Shown here piece by piece: positions 12,069 through 26,600 of a stretch of DNA of 64,000 nt. The notes under the pieces were generated by a model that was given only the letters and a program-made list of their open reading frames with translations, made no database searches and had not been told where the DNA came from. Position 1 is the first letter of the stretch, and each line of letters opens with the position of its first letter. This stretch comes from Euprymna scolopes (taxonomy: Eukaryota), in the NCBI GenBank assembly GCA_053919585.1, contig CM132802.1. One strand, 5' to 3'. The translations under genes were made by a program, and so were the position numbers.

Positions 12069-12960
12069 AATCCTCAGAATGAGGTCGAATCCCAATATTT
12101 TGCTGTTTACCACTAGTACGTCAGTCTTCAGAGGATTTCTGTTGATCATTGTCAAAGTTATGCTACCAACACCATAGCTTAGTAGACCTTTCCCGTCTGC
12201 CATCAGAATCCACCAATGCTATCTGATCTAGCCATTGATTTTTATTTTTATTACGAAGAGGACTTTTTCTAATTTATGTTGGGAGAGAGTAGTGCAAGCT
12301 TCATTTCTAAGACAATTCGATGCAACATGTCCTTATTGCCACTAATAAGTGTATCTCTGGGAGTGCCCTTCTTACTGGCAGTCTCTGGCAAAGTGATTGG
12401 GACCTCCACCCTTGTGGCACTGCACCACGACTGCGTCCTGCTGGTTGGAGATTGAAGGTGGGGCCACAAGTACATGAGGAAGAACTCTGCGTTGCCTGGC
12501 CACCACAGCAACAGATTCATTCACCCCTACCTCTTCTGTCATGAGAGCTCGATCCCTGTTTTAAGGTCACATGCTTCATCCTTGACGATCCATTCAATTG
12601 TTGTGCAACTGAACTGAAAAGTTCTGACACAAAAGCGCAACTGAGCAATCGAGCAGAGGTTTTGGGGTTTTTTTTTTGAAGTGTCAGGTCCTGTAGGTCA
12701 CCCAAATATTTTTCTATAGTTTCCCGGATTGCAAACAATGACAGACAAACTTGTCGAATGCAACAAAATGGTCGTGGATTGTTTCATCTGCTTTAAATCC
12801 TCCCACTGGTCACAGTTTAACTGTCGATATATGGACAGAGCACCTCATCTCAATCTGAGTTGTGAAACACGCTCGACATTGTCAATACAACACATTCCTC
12901 ACCCTAGCTTCACCTGTTCCAACCATTCGAACAGTGTGATCAGGTGAGACGCTATGAAAA
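12069..12960 (-). mobile_element. Second decayed Gypsy gag-protease fragment
   Basis: Resembles 3277-4010 (VEQVKL, knuckle remnants). Protease-like ADGKGLLSYGVGSITL...VLVVNSKILGFDLIL. Confidence 0.6.
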
Positions 12961-14126
12961 TTGTGAATCAACTAAATGTCAAATGCTTTACCTGTCATTT
13001 GCGTTTGGTGAGTTCTTAGCCGAGATCGTTTGTTCTGTAGGATTTGGAAAATATCTCGTCTTCCTCTATAAAACATGTCACATTTCTTGCGTCTTCTAGT
13101 TTCTTTGCACGATTAGCAGAGAGAGCACACCTTTTGTTTCTTTGCAGTAAGGTTGTTTGTAGCATTGCTACAACAACTTTTCAAAACTTTGTAACATTTT
13201 AAGTCCATAAATATAATATAATATAAAATAATATAAACTCTATTTTTACCTTTTTTTTTCAAAAATTCTTTTTAATTGTATTTATTTGTCAGAGTCATGG
13301 TCCATCAAAGACAAAAGGCCTTCGTCTATTTCATCCCTATGCGAAGTAGTTGAAAAATGTCTTGTTTCACAGAATTTTATGCAAGTGTCAAAAAAGAAGA
13401 AACATATGTGCGATCCGTTGCTATTATTTATTGTATCTGACAATTCATAAATTTTCTAAAACATTTTCTAAAACATTCGTCTTGCATGACGAAAAATAAT
13501 TTTATTTCGAATTATTATTATTTACTCATTACTCATTATCAGTGATTGATCGTTGATAATAACAAGTGAACTTCCCTGGAGTTTGAGTGACAATAAGTCT
13601 TCCCAGATTTCCAGCATATTTTTTTTATTATTACAATAATCGTTTTGAAAGGTGGCCATCCTTTAATCTACAGGGAAGCAGCATGGTGGTAATGTGTAAA
13701 GAAATATTAGATTATAAAGGCGATAGAAATAGATAACTCAGAGGGTTATTTGTTCAGTTAATTATAAATGACAACTAATTGTAATAATTTAATTGTAACA
13801 ATTTAATTGTAACAATTTAATAAGAACAGTTAAAACATTTATTTTAAAATATAACTTGTTGGATTATTTCATTTAAAAGTCACAACATCGACTAATACAA
13901 TGGAAAATATAAAATCGACTAGTATAAGGGAAATGAGGGTCAGCTTGATCGGTTGAAACTTACAAGCTTATTTATATATATAGATACCTCTATAATTTTG
14001 GGGTTAAGTCAGTTCATATATAGATAGTATATAAATACATATAATTCGCATAATACAAGAAAAATAACACGTTTTCAAAATCGCAACAAATAAAATAAAC
14101 TCACGACTTCATGAATTGAGACTTAC

Positions 14127-14251
14127 AAGCTTCCATAAAATAATTCTTGGGTTCGTGTCGGTTGTCCTTAATCTGTGACAATAGTGTATTGAAATCTGAA
14201 TAATTCCCCGTTAATAGAAGCTCCCTTGCTCGTTGTGTTCCATTAAAATAT
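14127..14251 (-). CDS. TRPC channel exon F (extracellular S3-S4 loop)
   Basis: Found from the phase requirement. tttttcag|A + YFNGTQRARELLLTGNYSDFNTLLSQIKDNRHEPKNYFMEA + T|gtaagt; 125 nt, phase 2-1, bridging exons E and G exactly. Not in the ORF track. Confidence 0.9.
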
Positions 14252-14449
14252 CTGAAAAAAAAAAATGAGAGCAACAATTAACGTCGGCAAGTTTTGTTTT
14301 CTTGCTAATTTTCATCTATAGAAAATAGTGATTAAAAGTGAAGTTAAAATCAGACTTTCCAAGTAAGGTTATAATTAACTAAGGAAGTAGAAAATTCCAT
14401 TAAAATGGATACGAAATGATGAACATGAAATCTGAAATAAAATGTGGAA

Positions 14450-14730
14450 AAATGCTGCTCAGAGCACTCTTTCTTGCTTTGACAGACTACAAAATTGACT
14501 TTGCAATCTAGTGGGGAATGATATCTTTTCTTCTTCAACACAGAAGAGATGTTGCTAGTCTGTCTCTTCTTTATCATTATTTCCACAGGAGATGTTTGAC
14601 TGCGCTTCAATTTCTGGTTCCTCATTGTAGGACACAGCAAAACCTCGTCTTCTTAACGATTTCCGTTCTATCTCCATATGCTTAGCATCATCAACACAAT
14701 TTATTTCAAGAACATCACATATATAGAACA
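14450..14730 (+). mobile_element. Short CR1/L2-type LINE 3' fragment
   Basis: CTAGTGGGGAATGA...CACAGAAGAGATGTTGCTAGTCTGTC aligns by eye to 9650-9740. Confidence 0.6.
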
Positions 14731-14782
14731 ATAAAACATTTATTTATCTATGGACTGTTATTCTCATCTTCTATTTGTTGTT

Positions 14783-14825
14783 CTACGACGTTTTGGCCAA
14801 CTACTCATTGGCCTTCGTCAGGTGG
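14783..14825 (-). ncRNA. Degenerate Penelope-type minimal hammerhead ribozyme motif
   Basis: CTGACGA-a-GGCCAA(tgagtag)TTGGCC-AAAAC-GTCGTA; perfect 6-bp stem II, but GAAA is mutated to AAAA. Confidence 0.5.
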
Positions 14826-17744
14826 TTAACTGCGACGGGATAGGGATGCTGAATCTCTCAACTGTATCCTCAGCAATTACTGTCTTCCATAGTTGTTGTC
14901 ATCTCACCACGTTTTGGCCAAGTAAGCCTCTAGCCAGCTTTGGGTAGGATTGAACTGCTATCTTCAAACAATGCTCACCGTAGAGTCCGTAGAGGTCCTA
15001 GAGATTCAACGCCTCTCTTTACTGTGCCACAGGCCCTGAAAGCCGATCAAGATTGGATTTTTGGTCTTATAAATTCAAATTTTTCATTCTTATCTTGTCT
15101 CCCATCGTTGGATCCGTGCTAAATAATTATTAAATAAAAAAATATGCGAATTACTCATCTCAAAGGATTCCAGTAATAAAATAAAATAGGACTGCTTTCT
15201 TGCAGACGATAATATGGTGGTCAAGAAATACTTGGCATAAACCTCACATGCAATCAAATTCGGTTCATTTATTGATTATTTTCAATATTCTCATAATATT
15301 TTTCATCGTTTAAGTGAAAATCCATGCGTTTCATTAACTCTTGTCTTCGAATCGCTTTTGACCTTGATAAATCGTGACTTATTAAAAATATCTAAAATTC
15401 CATTCCAATATCCTGGTTACTTGTGTTTAAAATGTTTATATCTACTTTTGGTTTATTAACAATAAATTATTTATTCTTTCCATAATTTTTACAAATTTGC
15501 ATTTCCTAAGTATGTCGGTGAATTGAATCATTATTATGACGAACACTAATGGAAATTAGGAAACAACTTGGAAAATGCATCTCTGTAGTTTTATCTCTAC
15601 ATGGTGTTTTTCTCCATCTACCGGTTCCAAGTGACATTTTCGCATTGTGTTCTCAATGAAGTTTATAATTTTATCTGATACTAACTGTATCCACACACAT
15701 TGCCTGAGAGTAAAAGAAAAAAATGAATTTGTTTTGAAAAAAAATAGTGAAATAGGACTTTTAAAAAGTTGGGTTTAGTAGTTGATCCATTCAAACCAAT
15801 GAGCAAAAAATAAAGTGTAATTATGTAGAGGTGAGAAACAAATGCACACAAATTTTAATCAATATACATATTTTAAAACCTCGAGAGACAATTGGACAAA
15901 ATAACTTCCCTTTAATGTGGAAAATGTCTCTATTTTAACAGGTTTTTAGCTGGCATAAATATATTCAGGAATAAACTTAAACAAATTAAAATATATTTGT
16001 GTCAATAAAATAGTAAAGGAAGAAACAACAAAACTAGTCCAAATAAACTATTGATATGTTAAACGGATTGCTATTTGGATCTGACTTTGAAAATTGGTTA
16101 AGATAACTTTATATGTTATAAAACATTTTTAAGTACTGATCATCCATCGACAGATGACATAACTATGCTTTCATTGTTATTTCTTTTCTTCAGTATCTTC
16201 TAGTCGATATGTGATCTCATTATGTTTTTGGATGAATCTACATCTGTCTAGTTATGTAGTAATATTTAGGCGGAGGCATCTAAAAATAAGGTTCAATCAT
16301 AAAAATGCCACGTAACAGGATATTACGTCACAGAGAGGTAGTCATTAGTGATACGTGGCAGTTAAGCTGCTCAGATTTTCTCTCTCTCTTTTCAGATCAT
16401 AATAGAAGGCAGTTAGTTTGGTGACAGGGCTCCCATCCTCTATGAGTGATAATTTATACTTGAGAAGAACAATAATAATACTTCCCAAAACTTTTGTTAT
16501 TTTGTGCTAGCATAAAATAAATTATAAAAAAAAAATGATTGTAACATTTATTATTATGAATAAGAAGAGAGGAGGACGCGGATAAAAGGGAGAAAAAACT
16601 ACTGCGATGTGTCATCAAACCATCCAAATGATGAACGGTTGTCGTCCAGATAATCTGCGAGGATCGAAGAATTGTATGCATGTAAAATATTTGATATGAT
16701 TTATAGTTTGAGTTCGTTCCTTTCTCGCACTGTCTTTTTGAATTAACATGTTTTTCATTATTGTAAGTCTTTTGTGTGTGTATTTGTTCAATTATTGTGA
16801 TAATCATTGATGCAGACTCGAAAATTATATGCAAATAAGGTGTTTCCGATCATCCAGACTGGGGTTCTGCATTGAAATTGTTGTTTCTCTTAACATATTG
16901 TAACAAACGTGACTTTTTTTCTTGGCCATGTTCTTTTTTTGTTTATATTTTGATGATAAAATTATCGTTTATTATCCTCAACTGTTTCATTGTTTTTATA
17001 TAGTTAGGATTTATATATTATTCGTCTTCCTTCCTTTGCCCGTATATTTTGCTTTTTTTCTTTATATTTCTTGATCATGTAATCCGCTACATTACTGCAT
17101 AGTTTAACAATAAGTTACTGAGTAAGAATTGAAAATCATAAAATAATAAAACGTTGAACAATTATTGAAACGCAATTGCTTAAAAAATTTGAAATTGTAA
17201 TTTTGTGTTAGGACTTCATGATAAAAAGCCAATTTCTAAAGCCATCCACCAGATGCCAGTACATAAAACAGACGTTAAAACGAATGATAATGGTTAAATT
17301 TAAACTTATGTGGAAATTTTCTAAGCCTTTTTTTATATATACAAAATTAAATATTACTATAACAATGATGTATTTATATTATATGAAACCAGTCGGCGGA
17401 CCGATGACTCAAATAAAAGGTTAAAGTTGTGAATGACTTATTTTGAATAATATAAAGTAAATCGGTAAAATTATTAGGAACATTTGTCGAGTTCATGGCT
17501 GGTGGGTTTGTATGCTATTCATAAATAGGGTGCATATTCGCTGTTGTGGGTGAAGAAGAGTCAAAGATGCCTTTGAAGATCGCAGCTAAAAAATATGTCG
17601 GTTGTTGGTCGCCACCAAAATTAAACAGATGGTTATCGTCAAACCCAAAGAACATGGATATGAAATGAGATAAAACAAGGGAAACATACCGAATCAAAGA
17701 ACTTTACTGTTTTCAATACGAAGATAAATGTTTGGAAGAATCCA

Positions 17745-17784
<40 letters not shown>

Positions 17785-17905
17785 TTCTAATATACATAAA
17801 AATCAGTCGGATCCACAAGGCATAAAAAAATTGTATCTTAAAAATCACTATTTCATTTTGACTAGGATTTATTGCTTTTCATCATTATACCATGTTTTCT
17901 TCACA

Positions 17906-19462
17906 AAAATTATGTATTTAGCTTTATTTTATTTTTAAAATTATGTATTTAGCTTTATTTTATTTTTAAAATTATGTATTTAGCTTTATTATATTTTTAA
18001 ATTATGTATTTAGCTTTATTTTATTTTTAAAATTATGTATTTAGCTTTATTTTATTTTTAAAATTATGTATTTAGCTTTATTTTATTTTTAAAATTATGT
18101 ATTTAGCTTTATTTTATTTTAAAAATTATGTATTTAGCTTTATTTTATTTTTAAAATTATGTATTTAGCTTTATTTTATTTTTAAAATTATGTATTTAGC
18201 TTTATTTTATTTTCAAAATTATGTATTTAGCTTTATTTTATTTTTAAAATTATGTATTTAGCTTTATTTTATTTTTAAAATTATGTATTTAGCTTTATTT
18301 TATTTTTAAAATTATGTATTTAGCTTTATTTTATTTTTAAAATTATGTATTTAGCTTTATTTTATTTTTTAAATTATGTATTTAGCTTTATTTTATTTTC
18401 AAAATTATGTATTTAGCTTTATTTTATTTTCAAAATTATGTATTTAGCTTTATTTTATTTTCAAAATTATGTATTTAGCTTTATTTTATTTTCAAAATTA
18501 TGTATTTAGCTTTATTTTATTTTCAAAATTATGTATTTAGCTTTATTTTATTTTCAAAATTATGTATTTAGCTTTATTTTATTTTTAAAATTATGTATTT
18601 AGCTTTATTTTATTTTTAAAATTATGTATTTAGCTTTATTTTATTTTCAAAATTATGTATTTAGCTTTATTTTATTTTCAAAATTATGTATTTAGCTTTA
18701 TTTTATTTTCAAAATTATGTATTTAGCTTTATTTTATTTTCAAAATTATGTATTTAGCTTTATTTTATTTTTAAAATTATGTATTTAGCTTTATTTTATT
18801 TTCAAAATTATGTATTTAGCTTTATTTTATTTTCAAAATTATGTATTTAGCTTTATTTTATTTTCAAAATTATGTATTTAGCTTTATTTTATTTTCAAAA
18901 TTATGTATTTAGCTTTATTTTATTTTTAAAATTATGTATTTAGCTTTATTTTATTTTCAAAATTATGTATTTAGCTTTATTTTATTTTCAAAATTATGTA
19001 TTTAGCTTTATTTTATTTTCAAGATTATGTATTTAGCTTTATTTTATTTTCAAAATTATGTATTTCGCTTTATTTTATTTTCAAAATTATGTATTTAGCT
19101 TTATTTTATGTTCAAAATTATGTATTTAGCTTTATTTTATTTTCAAGATTATGTATTTAGCTTTATTTTATTTTCAAAATTATGTATTTAGCTTTATTTT
19201 ATTTTCAAAATTTTGTATTTGGCTTTATTTTATTTTCAAAATTATGTATTTAGCTTTATTTTATTTTTAAAATTATGTATTTAGCTTTATTTTATTTTCA
19301 AAATTATGTATTTAGCTTTATTTTATTTTCAAAATTATGTATTTAGCTTTATTTTATTTTCAAAATTATGTATTTAGCTTTATTTTATTTTTAAAATTAT
19401 GTATTTAGCTTTATTTTATTTTCAAAATTATGTATTTAGCTTTATTTTATTTTAAAAATTTC
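17906..19462. repeat. 31-bp AT-rich minisatellite, ~50 copies
   Basis: Unit AAATTATGTATTTAGCTTTATTTTATTTT(T/C)A; period 17941->17972. Confidence 0.97.
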
Positions 19463-20302
19463 ATAATTTAACTAATTAGCTCTTCATGAACAAAATTTAT
19501 TCCATCAACGCACACTAGGACAAAATTCATATGCTTATAAATGACGTAATACTATAATGACACCAAATAAAAACAAATTTTTGCACTTACAGACGAATAG
19601 ACTTTTTTGGAAAACGCTTTATTTGGAAAACAAAAAAAAACTTTTCAGTCATACACACGAATAGATTTATTATTAGTAGATTTAAATAACGACACTTAGA
19701 ATGAGGCAATTTTTATGTTGTTCAAATTTAAAATGTACCTTCTGGGCAATTAGATTTTTTTTTTCACATTAAGAACAAACTTTATGTCTAGGTTTGCCCC
19801 CGTGAGGAGGCAAGTAAATAGACATATATGGAAAAGACAATTGCTTTCCAATCACATACAAACGAACAAACTTTATTTGATAACTTCTGTTACTGTAACA
19901 GAGCGCACAAGTGTGTATGGTGGTTGCATTCTAATGCCGAGCAGTGGGCGAAGTGACGCCACGGCGAAGAAGAAAAGAAAAAGATATACAAAGAAGATTG
20001 TGTGCGTAGACAGAGTATCCCGCCCGAGAGGATGACGATCACGTTTTATTCGGGAAAGTATCCAGAAATAAATGTCGTTATTTCAACGGAAAAAATGAGT
20101 CGAGTTATTCTTGTCTTATGTTCCTTGCGATGGAGTCTACAACGTGTTGGTTTCCGAATGTCTACATATTAACGCGTGTGTAAACGTGTGTAGTTATATT
20201 ACTAATCAGAACTATATTTTATTTGTGAAGCAAATTCTACACTGCGATGAAGCAATGAGAAATATTCCCTCTCAAAACGATGGACTTGCGGAGAAAAACA
20301 TC

Positions 20303-20743
20303 GGTGTTTGTACATTCTAGTGGATTTTGAAACAAACACATTTCAGGTGCAAACATCATTTACGTAGTTATGTGTCATGTCGAAATTGGTATAAATTTTT
20401 AGAATTACGAACAATGATTACAAGTAAAAATAAAATATATCGAGTTGATCCATTTATAGAATTCTATCGTATTTTTTAGTGTAGAATAGTTCTTAAAATC
20501 CAAGGGAGATAATCAATCATTTTGACACAAATAATCTCTCTTGCTTTCAATTAAAATTCGTCAAATGTCTAACCGTTATTGTGAATGATTTCTTTGTAAA
20601 AACTTAATCTGGCACATCTACTGGACCATTTTTCGTAATTTTAAAAATTTAAACTAATTTCGACATGACACGGAAGTAGATGATAGTTTTTTTAAAACTT
20701 AAAATGCATTTGTTTTCAAAATCCACTATTCTGCACAAACACC
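20303..20743. mobile_element. Old MITE-like element with ~110-bp imperfect terminal inverted repeats
   Basis: GGTGTTTGTACA..TAGTGGATTTTTGAAACAAA..GTGTCATGTCGAAATT..AATTACGAA is mirrored at 20628-20743. Confidence 0.65.
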
Positions 20744-22700
20744 CAAACATTTAATTGAGATTGTCTATTGGATACTAATTTTATTGATTTAATTTCTTCC
20801 ATCTTCGAAAATATAATAACAATAACAATACGAAAAAACAAAACAAAAAAAAACAACAAAAAACAAAGTGACTAATCCCTTGTAAAAACCACATTAAAAA
20901 ACAGACACACAACCAAAAAGTAATTGTACACTTAACAGAAACAATAGATTTCATATAAATACACGTTTGCGTTGTGTATTTATATTTAGAATCAACGTTA
21001 ACAGCAGTTTTCAATCAGATTTAGTACCTGTTTTTACTCGCTTACTTTTATAGATTGCCAAGTTAGTACTAATTTATTATTTTTTTAATTGTTAGGTGAA
21101 AATACAGAATAGTTATCAAAACCTCATCCCCATGTTTAAAATGACTTTCCAAATAATCGTCTACAGTTTACGAATAATGACTTTCTAAATAATCTTCTAC
21201 AGTTTACGAATAATGACGTTATTATTACGAAAGACATTCTTAACATGACTTTGTTAACTATTCTGTACACTCACCTAACATTTTATTTATTTAATAAATT
21301 AATAAATTTGCGAAACTGAAACTCTCGTTGGAAGTTATATTACGGATGAATTTTAATATCAGGAACTGAATCCGACCAAATACCGTTTTATACTGAATTT
21401 GAGTCAATTGCTTTCTGGTTTGCCAATAACCTTGTATTGAAAATCAGAAAATATATTCTTACACAGATTCCCTCAGTTTATCATCATTCCAAAAAATGTA
21501 AATATTTTACTTATAAAGGAGGTAGGAAAGGGCTCTCAAGAGCGAAAAAAATACTGAAACACTCTTAGGCAGTATCGGATGAATAAAACTTGTATATATA
21601 ATAATAATAAATCTGAGTTAATAAATGTATATTTTTGCTATACCTTTTTCTTATATATTAAAGCACACAGAATATATGTTTAAATGAGGAGGATTTTGTA
21701 ATTTGCTTGAAGCATTGTGCGAAGTGAAAGCGGGCTGTGTTTGAGGACCATGGCAATTTGTTGGTATAGGCGCCGGAAGTTGGATATTGGATTCAAGCCG
21801 TCAGTCCTACAGTCAAACCAGTTCACATATTTGTTAGCTTAGAATATTGGTTTTGAAGTCAATGATTTTTAGATGATGATGTTATTATAATTTTGTTTTA
21901 TTTGTTTTCCTTGTTTTGTTAAATTGTTTGCTGCAAATGTTACGTACGCATGCGCATAAATCTGAAAGGTTAAAGAGAAGGAACTGGTGCTAAGAGTTAT
22001 TTTCCCTTTTACAGAGTACAGGGAAGGAGTGAATGTAGCCATGTTCGCGAGCTGTTTACGTTTTCTATTCTTCTATGAAGAAGAGATATATTCTCGAAAT
22101 TTTGAGAACATTCACATACCAACCATCTTGTGCGACACACTATGTTCGGAAATACATATCTGTTCTTGAATTGGAAGCCATGTTTAATTTCAGAAGTGTT
22201 TCCGATAGGTAGTTATTCTATACAAGTCCCAGAGATGAGAAATTCTCAGTGGGTAGCTGTTCTGTACAGGTTGTTGACTTTATAATTTTGCAGAGCAAAA
22301 AATCATTCTTGTGTTGACATGAAAAATATGGTGTGCTGGAATGCTATTTAATTTTTATGGAACAATTCTGTTTCTGATTGGTTGATAGACGAACGTGAAT
22401 TGATTTGATTTGTCAGTTCCTATCAGCAACGTTTATAAATAGAATTTCCCTACTTTGAGGAAGCATACCTCCATTAAACATAGTGGGGATGAGTCTCCTT
22501 GCTGCATCAGTTGCTTGGAGACTGGGTAGAAAAGTGCTAGTCAAGAATCCATTCTTGACAATCAGTTCGACAGATGTGGGACGAGGAACTGGCCCCGTAC
22601 CTGTCGGGCTGAGGTACACAATTTAGATCATTACGTTTCCAATTGTTAAATTATGATCAATAGTCGCTGAGATTTTGGACTTATGAAATTGGTAAAAAAG

Positions 22701-22759
<59 letters not shown>

Positions 22760-22774
22760 CATTCTCATCCCAAA

Positions 22775-23686
22775 CAAGGTACAGTGCCACTTTGATGTAC
22801 TGGGCTACTATCAGGGACATAAGTTGCAGGGATGCTATGTAGGCAGTTGAGTAGCAATATGTCAGTTAACATTACGCTTGAACTTCTGCATGTCAGTACA
22901 GTTGGGGAAGCAGAAACCCGTAAAGGAATTCCAAAGTCTAGCAGTTTCGAGGAAGAAACTATTAGAGTAGAAGGCTTTCTTACATCTAAGGATCTCTACT
23001 GTGCAGGGCCGGGACTTCGCTGTTTGTTGGGTTTGTCGGGGGTATTATGTTGAGGGGATACAAGGGCTTGTAGTTCGTCGAAGCATCCACTATTAAAATA
23101 CTTGTAGAACAGGCAGAGGGATGCAACATTTCGTCTATGGGACAGAGGTTGAAGCTTAGATTACCGTCCAGGACCTATCAGGTTGGCGACTCTCTTTTGA
23201 ACCCTGTCCAAGAGTGAGAGACTAGTAGCAGATTCACCAGCCCAAATGTGACAACAATACTTTATATATGGCCGAATGGTGGCATTGTAGAGATACAGTA
23301 TACTTTCAGGCGTAAGTAGCTTTCTAGCACGGTAGAGAGAGCCCAACTTTCTCGCAGCAGCCTTGGCAATGCTCTCGATGTATCTGTTCCAACTCGTATT
23401 CCCTGTGAACATCAAGCCGAGGAGTTTGAACGAATTACTTTCAGTAATATATCTTTAGCCGTAGTTATTCGTGGTAGAGAAGGTTTCCTGTAATTATTAA
23501 AGAAATCGAGCTTGGTTTTGACAGCATTGAACGTTACCATCCATTTTAGACTCCATGCCACTACAGAGGGAGGTTTTTCTCTAGCGCTCCGCCATTGCCT
23601 GGGATATGTGTGCGTTCGTTTTCCCGAGCGTGGTGTCGTCAGCGAATATACCCATCTCAGAGACTATTTTATCAAGGAGACCATTT

Positions 23687-23690
<4 letters not shown>
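22775..23690 (-). mobile_element. CR1/L2-type LINE 3' fragment (second subfamily)
   Basis: GIFADDTTL and YIKYCCHIWAG..SLLDRVQKR; 3'UTR homologous to 50290-50435; tail abuts (TA)n. Confidence 0.85.
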
Positions 23691-23744
<54 letters not shown>

Positions 23745-26199
23745 GGGCGGGGAGTGCAAACAACGGACATACCTGATACAAGTAATCGAAATGCATGTAT
23801 TGTCAGGGATAATCATATTATAGAGAATGCATGGTTGAATACGACTTACTTTGTATCATCTGTATCTAGTAGAAAAAGGACATGCTTAAATGACTAAAGG
23901 AACGATGTATGTCTACGAACGATAATTGAAACCTGTACATATGGGACACTTGATCGTAACCGTATCAAAGCCGTGAAAACCATGATAAAACGTAAACTGA
24001 AATATCACACCAGACCATAAAAGACAGTATGTAGTCTTTTCTGTGCTTCAAAACCGAAGAGTTCATTCTCAATTAGTACTTACGTCATCCAAGGGGAATA
24101 AATCTAAATTTAATGTACCAAAACCGTCAATGTGATCTTATGCGCGCATTGGTAAATTCATTTAGATACACATACTATTTTATTACTCCTGGACGTTGAT
24201 TTGTTTACTCATAATTGTACGGCTATATAATATTTAGCAAACACAAAATACTAATTAGATATCACCCTAATCAGATGAGTCACATGTTAATATCAAAATC
24301 ATTACCTCCGCCCAACGCTTACCATTACTCTCTCCTCTCCCTTCTCTTTCTCTCTCTCTATCCCCATCTCGCTTGCTCCTCTGACAAGCAACAATCTATA
24401 ATTACAGTCAGCTGGGTCGCATTATATTGAACTGGACAGAAGATTTGCTGATTATCCAGTTACGATAACAATTGTGGTTCAACACATATATCTCAACTTT
24501 TCGTGCCTATCAGATATTGACTGATTTTGTAAAACATTGCAAAATCTAAATGGTAGGAAACAAAAAGTAACGAATACATTGTGATTCGAAAACCGATTAA
24601 ACAAACACGTGACTCAACTTGGAATTGGAATCACGTGTTTGTCATTTGTTCCATGAAATCTCAAGGCATTTTATTATCGCTTGAATAGATTCCCCATTTA
24701 ATTGATTGCGTGTAGTTTTATCCCTGAAAATAAATATAGTGAGATTACTTGTTTGGAGGCAGAGAAAGTGATGAGTGTACTATTAATAATATAGATAATA
24801 ATGAAAATGGATTTCTAAAATGGATTGCTAAAATGGATTTCTAAAATGGATTGCTAAAATATGGGTTAACATTTGAATGTGATTCGGAATGCGCTTTTAG
24901 ACATGTTCCATCAATAAAAGAAAACAATGGAAACTATTTTGTGGTTTTCGGTCTTTATTTGTGAAAGAAGAAAATACTTTTTGCAAAAGCTAGGAAATTC
25001 TTCAACTGAAGAAAAACAAGCTAGTTATTCTTTTCAGTCCTAGGTAGCGTGACATTCCACGACGAAGATATTGTGATATATAATTATTAACTATGATTAT
25101 AACAAGTGACGTCACGCTTAAACATGCCTTTAAAGAACACGGAGACAAATACGTCACAAAAATTCAATTTTCACACAAGAGTAAATAAAAGTTATACTCG
25201 AAGATATTGCTAAGCCTACGACTGCCCTTAGATGGATTTTGTCATCAGATTTTCATTTTACTTTAGTGAGAATATTCTAAAAAATTAAGGGGCAATTTTC
25301 TAATTTTAACACTTGAATTCTATACAAGATCCATCGATATGCAAATATTCAATCAAGATTCTCTTCTACTTTTCAAACGTTGAATTAATAAAGAAGTGAA
25401 GAAAACTTATTTCCTTCTCTTCAGTTGATTACTAAACTATGTTCATCTTTATTGCGTTTTTTTTGGTTTTGTTGGATTCCACGACAAGAATTCATCTAGT
25501 CCGGTGGAGTATCAGCTGGTACTTATAAATGCACGCATGTAACCAGAAAGACAGTATTTTTGAACTAAATGTAGTTTCTATCTAAAAAAACGTTTCCTAA
25601 ACTTTTTCATGCACTGCAATTCTCATACAACACCTTTATTCTTGCTTTACATTGATTTAGCTTTGTTAAATCAGGCGCGGAATCGGTAACTTTTTTCTTT
25701 TTAATTATTTTATCATGAACAAACGAGCACGTGTTACTAAGAGTAGAAGAAATGACATTTTTTTTTCAATTATTTGGATTTGTTTACAATACTTGACTCA
25801 AATATCTTTTATATTGTTTAAAAGAAGAACAAAACAATTTAAGTAAGCATGAATGATGAAATGAAGGCCAGGAGGATGTGGCTGCAAAAGTAAAATTAAA
25901 GCGACAACAGTAATAATTAGTAAAAAAAGTAAGAAGACAGAAGAGGGGATACTAATAGGATATTTAGTTAAATCATTTTTTATACATTACTATCATAATA
26001 GACGCAAGTTGACAGGTGATTTTTTATTATATGTATCTGAAGAAGTATTCGATTGCACGAATCAAAGAAAAGTAATCACGAACTAAAAAGACGATATAAA
26101 TATAATAATAATAATAGTTATGTATTTTGAAGTATACACGACGAAATATAGAGAAAAGAACAGTTTACCATGTTATTGTAATTCACAGAAAGTGACATG

Positions 26200-26600
26200 A
26201 TGAGTGTCGTTTCATATTTTTAAGAACCCAACGTCAGTTTGTCATGAATGAGAGACTTGCTCAGTGTAGAGTTGAAGCCCATTTAGCACATTATCAATGT
26301 CGTCTCATCAGCATTCAACAGTGCAGTTGTATTCGTATGTTGCTTTTAACACATCGTACGATATTTTTGAGTCTTCATATCTGCATATTTTTGTACTTCA
26401 AGAGATTTGTCATTGAACCATTTACTTTGTATTTCACGCAGTTTTCTTTGAACAATAGTGAGCATTTTGAAAATGCGTCCTTTTTCAGATCACTTTTCGG
26501 AGTAATTCCTGTATTTCATCGTCATTCTCGTCAATCCAATCCTAGTGCTTCCTCCGAGAGGATCCAAGCACTTCGAGTGACAGAGCTTCCTTCTCAGTTG
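26200..26600 (-). mobile_element. RTE-clade LINE fragment (EN-RT linker)
   Basis: Manual translation gives DWIDENDDEIQELL and VQRKLREIQSKWFNDKSLEVQKYAD, typical of RTE/BovB-like ORFs. Confidence 0.65.

Noticed and set aside
13958-13969. Second ACTTACAAGCTT identical to the exon F donor region
   Set aside because: Only a 12-nt match with no duplicated exon body; no support for an alternative exon.
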